64,000 nt of DNA from Leptogorgia sarmentosa (Eukaryota). The position numbers and the translations under genes were made by a program. Positions 23,561 through 35,000 of the stretch are shown in pieces. Every line of letters starts with the position of its first letter. Position 1 is the stretch's first letter. The notes beneath the pieces are model-generated. The model did no database searches. It saw only the letters and a list, made by a program, of their open reading frames with translations, and had not been told where the DNA came from. Location: the NCBI GenBank assembly GCA_964658305.1, contig OZ210885.1, positions 14,570,001 to 14,634,000 on the forward strand, given 5' to 3'.

Positions 23561-24658
23561 CCATCGTACCTTGCAAGCTCAGTGATATTGAGGTTTATGA
23601 CTTCAAAGGACAACCTTTTCTGTGCATATGATAAGTTTTGCTCAATGCTCACACAGTGTAAATACCCTTTCTGAGTGGGTGGAGTGTCTCCACAAACCTC
23701 ACAATGTGTAACCGTACGCCCTGTGCCCATGTTCAGTTGAGTTGCCATTATGGTACAATCGGAAGGGCACATTACTATACATTTTGTATAATATATGAGA
23801 AATAAATTTTCATATTTCTAAATATGGTTGAGCGATAAAACAGCTCTCGCCGTATACAGTCGCTATCAAGAAAGGTTTTTAGTGAAAAGATACAGTACAT
23901 ACATACTAGGTTAAATTGTTGCTTCACGCACTAAGTTTAGATGAAATCGTAGCAGTCTGATGTTCGAATTTTGGTTACGTTCATATAATATCATTCTCGC
24001 TATTGAGTATGCATACTTTACTTCTTTATGTTATATATTTTCGTATACTTGTACTAGAAAACCTGTTTGACAGCGACTACTTTTTCAACTTTTTCATATG
24101 TATGGTATGGTATTCCTCTAGGATGAAACAGGTTGTAATAGCAACTTTTTGGGCATATATACATATTAGACATATATTCATAGTTTTTGCCACAAGTATT
24201 TAATTAGTATCATTTTTCTGAACCAAAGTTATTCTACTACAGATGATATATAGTTATATACTGTTTGTTGAATCCTGAAATGAAATAAAAGTGTTTAAAA
24301 CAGTTTACGGAGTCTCTGTTGTTTAACTGCATGTATAATCAACTTCTTTATCATAAACTCGATGAACGACTTAGTTGCAGTGAAAGGTATGCAATTTCCC
24401 GTCCCTGCTGCAGTCGTCTGCTCATGTGATTTGTGAGTCAGTTGCCTGGATAACTGCTATCATATTAACAAGGATAATAATATCAACTGGTGCCAACTAA
24501 CCCTATTTCAAAGACTACGTACAATCATGACTGTGACGTTATTGTTTTAATGTAAAAATGGGAAATGCTGTACATGTCGACTACATACCAAACAGTCTAC
24601 AGAAGTTACAACCATCGTTCGTCTTACTTTTTCTGTACCCTTAAATTTGAATCTTCAG

Positions 24659-27600
24659 GATGCTGAGCATCAAGCAGAGAGAGAGCTACCAAGGAAAAAA
24701 TACAAAACCGGTTTTAAACAGAGAGTATCGGAGCGTCGTGCATATGACCGCAGTAACCTGAAAACGTTGAATAAAAAGGTAGACCCATATTAAGTGACGG
24801 TCCCGAAAAGCTCACTCTAATGTTTTTGAAATATTGATATGCCAAACCAACTAGGTATATGTCGGTTTTATCATCCAATTTAATGTTAAATAATCCAAAT
24901 AATTGCAGCTAAACGGATGGTATGAGCTAACAAAATGCCCTACAGTCGCACTGATGCTCATTGGTGATAAAATATATTATTCTGGTAGGTCATGATATAC
25001 AAGTTTACAAGATTTGTATGCTACCGTCTTTTTCATTTGTCCTGTCGGAAAGACAACTGCTCTTGCTCAGATTTTTGCCACATACATTTTTAAACATCAT
25101 GCAGTTATCTACAGTGTAAGACCTTCCGAAACAAAGCCTTGTTGTATGATGTTGCCTCAAGTGAGTTTAAGCTTGGTTAAAATTTTCATCCAACATTGTG
25201 CCATATTTGTTGGCCCGACAATGTTGCACGATGTTGGCTTTGTTTGAAGACAAACTCAAGGCAAATAATTGGCAGAAGATAATGGGAAATGTCAAATTTC
25301 GTTGTGCATGTTAAACCTATTCATACAATATATCTTCACTCGACAATCTTATATGTATGTTAGCTATGAGTCCGCTAGAATAAGGTCATGGGTCTTAACA
25401 TATCCGACTGTAAATTCATATTGTTCTAGGCCCCGAACAATTCAGAGAATTTGCAAACAATAGTTCCGTCAAACAGGTCTTTGGCTCTGTGGTGGTGAAT
25501 CCGACAATTAACGAAAACACTGGTACTATCAGCTTTTATTTACTCCAACTGAATAATTGACTTGTACAGTTATTGAAGACTTGTACTGTTATCTATAGGT
25601 CACACACAATGTTTTGCAAATGCCCAACTTTTCTAAACTTTTCATTTTATCAAGATGGTTCAGGTGACCAATGCCATAGAATTGTATTGCCCGATGATTG
25701 GAGGGAGTTTAATGTTTTTTCCAAACGCAAACTAGTAATTGCGTTGGTTACAGATAATGGTATGTCTAACTGGTTTATTATATAGCCAGCTCGTAAAATG
25801 CTTGCACAATACCATAATATACAACATGTAAATGCAGATTAAAGGAATTATAGAAAAAAAGTGTTTTTGATTTAAGGAACAAAAAGTGCTAACTGGCGAC
25901 AAACCATTAACCGTCCTGTGTGGTGGCCCAAAAATATACGTTTCGACGATCCGAACAACGGCAAACCTCGCTTATCATCCCAGGAGCTGCACAAAATTAT
26001 TGGGCCATACAGTTCACATTTTGTGTCTGTTGATGCGCAGGTAGTAGTGGATAGTGATCATGGTGACAAAGGTTCTGTGGAGATTGGTTCTGGGGAGGTG
26101 GGTTCTGGGGAGGTGGGTTCTGGGGAGATTGGTTCTGGGGAGATTGGTTCGGAAGATATCACTGTTGGTGATATTGGGGGTGTCGATGGCAGAGATATTG
26201 TGGACAACGGAGCGTCAAGGTCAACCGCTGGTGGGGAATATGAACAGGGAGTTGCCGGAATAAGGAGCCTGCTGAAAGTAAGTGTTGTGGCAAATACGTA
26301 AATACAAACAAACTTATGTAAAACCACAACTTATGTAGGAACAGAATGTATGCCGTCAGACGAAAAGTAGACAGTACTAGTACCTGTAGAGAAACTGGTA
26401 AAATGCATGTGTTTTATTCTCCCCAAAGTTAATATCGTACTACCAATTAATATATATTTTCAAGAAATGCCGCACAGTTTATGACGATGATGATGCGATG
26501 AGGATACTTCAGTTCCTCCGGCGTCTGACAAACTGGACAGATTTTGTCTCCAGTATGACGGAACTAGCACGGAAGAAAGGTCCACTACAGCCACACTCAA
26601 AGTTTGTAAAGCCACTTGATGAGCAGGAGTACACTCATATTTGGAATGTTCAGAAAAGGTGTTAATATGTGCTAAACATAATTTTTTTTTAAATATACGA
26701 AACCCGGGTAACATCATCATCTTTTACTGTAGTGCACGATGTGATGTGCCGAAACGAATCCTCAAAAATGGGTGGGAGCCGGTTAGTGTCACTGGAGATG
26801 GAAATTGTTTTTTTCGCTCGATCTCCAATGTACTAACCGGTAGTGAAGACTACTATCTTATGTACAAACTGGCCCTGATGCATCATGGCTGTTTGCATGA
26901 GCAGTGGTACAGAAAGAACGTTCTGGTATGTTGAAAGTTCAAAATTTTATTGTATCACAGTTACTGTGTCGCAGTGAGGATTTTAAGCATGCATAAAACA
27001 ATGCGCTTTGAGTCACAAAAAAGATACAGTCTAACTGGCGGTATCGGCAAACAAATTTATAATCCTGAAAATATAGAAAGAACATACTGAGAAGAATAAC
27101 GTTAACATCTCATATCAACTGAAGATACGTGGAAAAAAAGGAAAAATATTATGTACAATTAATTGAAAAAAAAACGTTGCTTGTTTCTCTATATTTTGAA
27201 TTAGAATTTGATCAACGATGACCTCGACCTCTTTTTGCAAACTATCACAGACGACGAGGTTTTGAGTGATGTAAATGCCGACTTGTCCGATGAGGATAAG
27301 TTTCTGGAGGTTTATAGGAGAGAAGTAATGAAAACTGCCATCGACGGCCGTTATTCAGGTTGTATTTACATGTAGTGAAAATTGAAAACGTAATAGTTTC
27401 CTACTAATTCTATTCACAGGGCGGTGTTTCATTAAAATTCAAGGATCATATAACATTACAATACTGAATTATTATAGGGCTGTTGTCACTGATCCTCATC
27501 TGTTAAATTAACAGGGTATCTTCAGGTTCTTCTAATGGCAGGAACGCTGCAGCGCAGAATTGTCCAGCACTGCACTTTTCCAGGCATGGATTTTTACAAT

Positions 27601-29052
27601 ACGGAGATAATCCCGATGAATTGCAGTGAAGAATGTGTCAGTTCACCTGCTATTAACATCTTGTGGTGTTCCTTAAGCGGTGGTGTGCGCAACCATATCG
27701 TGCCACTGAAAAAGTGTCGAGGCAGTGAAACTGGTAATAATGAGTAAAAAAATATTCATCACCTATAAATTTATTGTACACATCATTTTGAAATCTCCGC
27801 GCGTGTTAATTAAAGAAAGGAATTTACAATTCTTAACCACAATCTGTATTTTTTTGTCCTCGTACTTACATACGCACCTTGTTCCAAGTACTTATATACA
27901 CGACAGAGACACACGAACGATAGATATATAGTAATGAGACATTCTTATTAAAAAATATTAAAATTTAAATGAAATATGGTGAGCAACTGCCGGTTTTATT
28001 ACGAAATATATCCTCTAAGCAATTTCTTTGGTAACTATTTTTAGATTTTCAATTTTTCATAAAACTGTTTTAGCTAATGTATATCGTTCGTGACTGTCTT
28101 TCGTGAAGACAAGAAAGAAATACCAATGTTCATTTTCACCTGTGTCCCGTATTTCAGTAGAGTTATTATTTTTTTAACCAATCATATATCCATATATCCT
28201 GGTTAACTTAAGTCCGAATGTCTTCAAAAATTTTTGTAAAGAAAATAGCTTACAGGTAACTTCACTTTATGCACATATTGCAATTGGTATGTTGCCGCAG
28301 CACTTTCCATTATACTGTATATTTAAATATCTTGTATCATCCTTATTCCATAGTGAATTAAATATTTTAAATCTGATAGAGAAATTCTCACAAATTTATA
28401 CAGAAAGTAACATAGACGCAGGAAATATAATACTGTATGTAATACCTTAACACATTTCCCCACTTATTGTAGGCTTTTGTAAAGGATATGGTACGAGGGA
28501 AGATAAGAAGTCGTCGCATGGATTATATAAAAACTGGCTCATCTGCATCATTGAGACGGTCTACCGGACTTGTTCTCGACAACGACCAAACTGTACGTCT
28601 TGAAACCATTATTTCTATAATATCTCAATTGATTTAATGCAACATAGATTATCCTCGGCATCTAAAATTGTTATACCAAATTGATATTATGTGATGTAAC
28701 ACAGATTGAACTAATGATGGAGAAAATTGACGAAATCATCAAGGAAAGTGATTGTTGGCCTGAAAACCTTACACGTTCAAGAAGCAACATCGTCAATTTC
28801 AAGTTGGATGTGCTGATGCCGGAGGTATGAATACTTAAGATTCGCGTTGAACAGCGCACTGAAGCCATCATAATTTCACAAACATGAAACATGCATTCAA
28901 CCCAAACAGATGTTTTGTCTCGGATTATGTTTTTGCTTTGAATTACAGTGTAAATGACCACAATCTTATTGTTTTAGATTTCAATTTGGGTGATGTCTTC
29001 GTTTTCCAGTACTTCTAGATGCAGGGGTGACGAAGTTTTCAGTACATTTTAG
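24659..29052 (+). CDS. Multi-exon gene 2: NRF1/EWG-like PxWWP domain + vertnin-type OTU-like cysteine protease + PWWP3A/MUM1 C-terminal-like domain
   Basis: Phase-compatible core exons: 25430-25522, 25655-25759, 25877-26277, 26465-26658, 26733-26925, 27205-27358, 27515-27733 (or to stop 27747). Further open exons at 24659-24778, 28473-28592, 28705-28824 and 28978-29052(TAG). The links 24778->25430 and 27733->28473 and the start codon are unresolved. The core has no stops. Confidence 0.75.
26071..26160 (+). repeat. 15-bp coding minisatellite, ~6 copies (GSGEV/GSGEI)
   Basis: ggttctggggag(gtg/att) units at 26071, 26086, 26101, 26116 and 26131, with a degenerate unit at 26146. All lie inside exon 25877-26277. 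Confidence 0.92.
26733..27733 (+). CDS. OTU-like (vertnin-type) protease domain exons
   Basis: WEPVSVTGDGNCFFRSISNVLTGSEDYY (OTU Cys motif GDGNC) | YRREVMKTAIDGRYS|GYLQVLLMAGTLQRRIVQ...NTEIIP...INILW...NHIVPL (His motif). Confidence 0.85.
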
Positions 29053-29082
29053 AGGACAAGATGTCTTCGATTTCGATTTCTT

Positions 29083-32000
29083 CCCTTTATAACAGTAATT
29101 ATATGAAGAAGCAACCTTGTTTTTTATAGTCATGTGCCATGTAGCATAATTTATGAAGGTTGGTTAAATATGATGAAATTTTGCTATAATTTAACGAACT
29201 TCTCTTACACCGTTCATAACAGTGATATACGAAGAAGCAATCTTGTTTTTTTGAGTCATTGATGATGTGGCGTTTAATTTATCAAGGTTGGTTAAATGTG
29301 GTGAAATTTTCCTATATTTTAACCAACTTCTCTAACACCGTTCATAACAGTGATATACAAAGAAGCAATCTTGTTTTTTTGAGTCATTGACGATGTGGCG
29401 GTTAATTTATCTAGGTTGGTTAAATATGATGAAATTTTGCTATCATTTAACCAACTTCTCTAACACCCTTCATAACAGTGATATATGAAGAAGCAACCTT
29501 GTTTTTTTTAGTCATTGACGATGTGGCATTTAATTTATCAAGGTTGGTGAAATTTTGCTATAATTTAACTAACTTCTCTAACACCCTTCATAACAGTGAT
29601 ATATGAAGAAGCAACCTTGTTTTTTTTAGTCATTGACGATGTGGCGTTTAATTTATCAAGGTTGGTGAAATTTTGCTATAATTTAACTAACTTCTCTAAC
29701 ACCCTTCATAACAGTGATATATGAAGAAGCAACCTTGTTTTTTTTAGTCATTGACGATGTGGCGTTTAATTTATCAAGGTTGGTTAAATGTGGTGAAATT
29801 TTGCTATATTTTAACCAACTTCTCTAACACCCTTAATAAAGGTTATATATGAAGAAGCAACCTTGTTTTTTTTGAGTCATTGACGATGTGGCGTTTAATT
29901 TATCAAGGTTGGTTAAATGTGGTGAAATTTTGCTATATTTTAACCAACTTCTCTAACACCCTTCATGACAGTGATATATGAAGAAGTAATCTTGTTTTTT
30001 TGAGTCATTAACGATGTGGCGTTTAATTTATCAAGGTTGGTTAAATGTGGTGAAATTTTGCTATATTTTAACCAACTTCTCTAACACCCTTAATAAGAGT
30101 GATATATGAAGAAGCAAACTCGTTCTTTATAGTCATGTAGCGTAATTTATCAAGGTTGGTTAAATGTGGTGAAAGTTTGCTATATTTAAACCAACTTCTC
30201 TAACACCGTTCATAACAGTGATATACGAAGAAGCAATCTTGTTTTTTTGAGTCATTGACGATGTGGCGGATAATTTATCAAGGTTGGTTAAATATGGTGA
30301 AATTTTGCTATAATTTAACCAACTTCTCTAACACCGTTCATAACAGTGATATACGAAGAAGCAATCTTGTTTTTTTTGAGTCATTGACGATGTGGCGGTT
30401 AATTTATCTAGGTTGGTTAAATATGATGAAATTTTGCTATAATTTAACCAACTTCTCTAACACCGTTCATAACAGTGATATACGAAGAAGCAATGTTGTT
30501 TTTTTGAGTCATTGACGATGTGGCAGATAATTTATCAAGGTTGGTTAAATGTGGTGAAAGTTTGCTATATTTAAACCAACCTCTCTAACACCGTTCATAA
30601 CAGTGATATACGAAGAAGCAATCTTGTTTTTTTGAGTCATTGACGATGTGGCGGATAATTTATCAAGGTTGGTTAAATATGGTGAAATTTTGCTATAATT
30701 TAACCAACTTCTCTAACACCGTTCATAACAGTGATATACAAAGAATCAATCTTGTTTTTTTGAGTCATTGACGATGTGGCGGTTAATTTATCTAGGTTGG
30801 TTAAATATGATGAAATTTTGCTATAATTTAACCAACTTCTCTAACACCGTTCATAACAGTGATATACGAAGAAGCAATCTTGTTTTTTTGAGTCATTGAC
30901 GATGTGGCATTTAATTTATCAAGGTTCGTTAAATGTGGGGAAATTTTGCTATAATTTAACCAACTTCTCTAACACCCTTCATAACAGTGATATATGAAGA
31001 AGGAATCTTGTTTTTTTTAGTCATTGACGATGTGGCATTTAATTTATCAAGGTTGGTTACATTTGGTGAAAGTTTGCTATATTTAAACCAACTTCTCTAA
31101 CACCCTTCATGACAGTGATATATGAAGAAGCAATCTTGTTTTTTTGAGTCATTGACGATGTGGCGTTTAATTTATCAAGGTTGGTTAAATGTGGTGAAAT
31201 TTTGCTATAATTTAACTAACTTCTCTAACACCCTTCATAACAGTGATATATGAAGAAGCAAACTTGTTTTTTTTAGTCATTGACGATGTGGCGTTTAATT
31301 TATCAAGGTTGGTTAAATGTGGTGAAATTTTGCTATATTTTAACCAACTTCTCTAACACCCTTAATAAGAGTTATATATGAAGAACCAACCTTGTTTTTT
31401 TTGAGTCATTGACGATGTGGCGTTTAATTTATCAAGGTTGGTTAAATGTGGTGAAATTTTGCAATATTTTAACCAACTTCTCTAACACCCTTAATAAGAG
31501 TGATATATGAAGAAGCAAACTCGTTCTTTATAGTCATGTACCATGTAGCAAAATTTATCAAGGTTGGTTAAATATGGTGAAATTTTGCTATAATTTAACC
31601 AACTTCTCTAACACCGTTCATAACAGTGATATACGAAGAAGCAATCTTGTTTTTTTGAGTCATTGACGATGTGGCGGATAATTTAACTAGGTTGGTTAAA
31701 TATGATGAAATTTTGCTATAATTTAACCAACTTCTCTAAAACCCTTCATAACAGTGATATACGAAGAAGCAATCTTGTTTTTTTGAGTCATTGACGATGT
31801 GGCGGTTAATTTATCTAGGTTGGTTAAATTTTGCTATATTTAAACCAACTTCTCTAACACCCTTCATGACAGTAATATATGAAGAAGCAACCTTGTTTTT
31901 TTAAGTCATTGACGATGTGGTGTTTAATTTATGAAGGTTGGTTAAATGTGATGAAATTTTGCTATATTTTAAACAACTTCTCTAACACCCTTAATAAGAG

Positions 32001-35000
32001 TTATATATGAAGAAGCAACCTTGTTTTTTTTTAGTCATTGACGATGTGGCGTTTAATTTATCAAGGTTGGTTAAATGTGGTGAAATTTTGCTATATTTTA
32101 ACCAACTTCTCTAACACCCTTAATAAGAGTTATATATGAAGAAGCAACCTTGTTTTTTTTGAGTCATTGACAATGTGGCGTTTAATTTATCAAGGGTTGG
32201 TTAAATGTGGTGAAATTTTGCTATATTTTGACCAACTTCTCTAACACCCTTAATAAGAGTGATATATGAAGAAGCAAACTCGTTCTTTATAGTCATGTAC
32301 CATGGAGCGTAATTTATCAAGGTTGGTTAAATATGGTGAAATTTTCCTATAATTTAACCAACTTCTCTAACACCCTTCATAACAGTGATATACGAAGAAG
32401 AAATCTTGTTTTTTTTTAGTCATTGACAATGTGGCGTTTAATTTATCAAGGCTGGTTAAATGTGGTGTAATTTTGCTATCATTTAACCAACTTCTCTAAC
32501 ACCCTTCATAACAGTGATATATGAAGAAGCAACCTTGTTTTTTTTAGTCATTGACGATGTGGCATTTAATTTATTAAGGTTGGTTACATTTGGTGAAATT
32601 TTCCTATAATTTAACCAACTTCTCTAACACCCTTCATAACAGTGATATACGAAGAAGAAATCTTGTTTTTTTTGAGTCATTGACAATGTGGCGGATAATT
32701 TATCAAGGTTGGTTAAATATGGTGAAATTTTCCTATAATTTAACCAACTTCTCTAACACCCTTCATAACAGTGATATACGAAGAAGAAATCTTCTTTTTT
32801 TGAGTCATTGACAATGTGGCGTTTAATTTATCAAGGTTGGTTAAATGTGGTGTAATTTTGCTATCATTTAACCAACTTCTCTAACATCCTTCATAACAGT
32901 GATATACCAAGAAGAAATCTTGTTTTTTTTTAGTCATTGACGATGTGGCATTTAATTTATTAAGGTTGGTTACATTTGGTGAAATTTTGCTATAATTTAA
33001 CCAACTTCTCTAACACCCTTCATAAAAGTGATATACGAAGAAGAAATCTTGTTTTTTTTGAGTCATTGACAATGTGGCGGATAATTTATCAAGGTTGGTT
33101 AAATATGGTGAAATTTTCCTATAATTTAACCAACTTCTCTAACACCCTTCATAACAGTGATATACGAAGAAGAAATCTTCTTTTTTTGAGTCATTGACAA
33201 TGTGGCGGCGTTTAATTTATCAAGGTTGGTTAAATGTGGTGTAATTTTGCTATCATTTAACCAACTTCTCTAACACCCTTCATAACAGTGATATATGAAA
33301 AAGCAACCTTGTTTTTTTTAGTCATTGACGATGTGGCATTTAATTTATTAAGGTTGGTTAAATGTGGTGAAATTTTGCTATATTTTAACCAACTTCTCTA
33401 ACACCCTTCATGACAGTGATATATGAAGAAGTAATCTTGTTTTTTTGAGTCATTGACGATGTGGCGTTTAATTTATCAAGGTTGGTTAAATGTGGTGAAA
33501 TTTTGCTATATTTTAACCAACTTCTCTAACACCCTTAATAAGAGTGATATATGAAGAAGCAAACTCGTTCTTTATAGTCATGTACCATGTAGCGTAATTT
33601 ATCAAGGTTGGTTAAATGTGGTGAAAGTTTGCTATATTTAAACCAACTTCTCTAACACCGTTCATAACAGTGATATACGAAGAAGCAATCTTGTTTTTTT
33701 GAGTCATTGACGATGTGGCGGATAATTTATCAAGGTTGGTTAAATATGGTGAAATTTTGCTATAATTTAACCAACTTCTCTAACACCGTTCATAACAGCG
33801 ATATACGAAGAAGCAATCTTGTTTTTTTGAGTCATTGACAATGTGGCGTTTAATTTATCCAGGTTGGTTAAATGTGGTGTAATTTTGCTATCATTTAACC
33901 AACTTCTCTAACACCCTTCATAACAGTGATATATGAAGAAGCAATCTTGTTTTTTTGAGTCATTGACGATGTGGCATTTAATTTATCAAGGTTGGTTAAA
34001 TGTGGGGAAATTTTGCTATAATTTAACCAACTTCTCTAACACCCTTCATAACAGTGATATATGAAGAAGGAATCTTGTTTTCTTTAGTCATTGACGATGT
34101 GGCATTTAATTTATCAAGGTTGGTTACATTTGGTGAAAGTTTGCTATATTTAAACCAACTTCTCTAACACCCTTCATGACAGTGATATATGAAGAAGCAA
34201 TCTTGTTTTTTTGAGTCATTGACGATGTGGCGTTTAATTTATCAAGGTTGGTTAAATGTGGTGAAATTTTCCTATAATTTAACTAACTTCTCTAACACCC
34301 TTCATAACAGTGATATATGAAGAAGCAACCTTGTTTTTTTTAGTCATTGACGATGTGGCGTTTAATTTATCAAGGTTGGTTAAATGTGGTGAAATTTTGC
34401 TATATTTTAACCAACTTCTCTAACACCCTTAATAAGAGTTATATATGAAGAACCAACCTTGTTTTTTTTTAGTCATTGACGATGTGGCGTTTAATTTATC
34501 AAGGTTGGTTAAATGTGGTGAAATTTTGCTATATTTTAACCAACTTCTCTAACACCCTTAATAAGAGTGATATATGAAGAAGCAAACTCGTTCTTTATAG
34601 TCATGTACCGTAATTTATCAAGGTTGGTTAAATATGGTGAAATTTTGCTATAATTTAACCAACTTCTCTAACACCGTTCATAACAGTGATATACGAAGAA
34701 GCAATCTTGTTTTTTTGAGTCATTGACAATGTGGCGGTTAATTTAACTAGGTTGGTTAAATTTTGCTATAATTTAACCAACTTCTCTAACACCCTTCATA
34801 ACAGTGATATACGAAGAAGCAATCTTGTTTTTTTGAGTCATTGACGATGTGGCGGATAATTTATCAAGGTTGGTTAAATGTGGTGAAAGTTTGCTATATT
34901 TAAACCAACTTCTCTAACACCGTTCATAACAGTGATATACGAAGAAGCAATCTTGTTTTTTTGAGTCATTGACGATGTGGCGGTTAATTTATCTAGGTTG

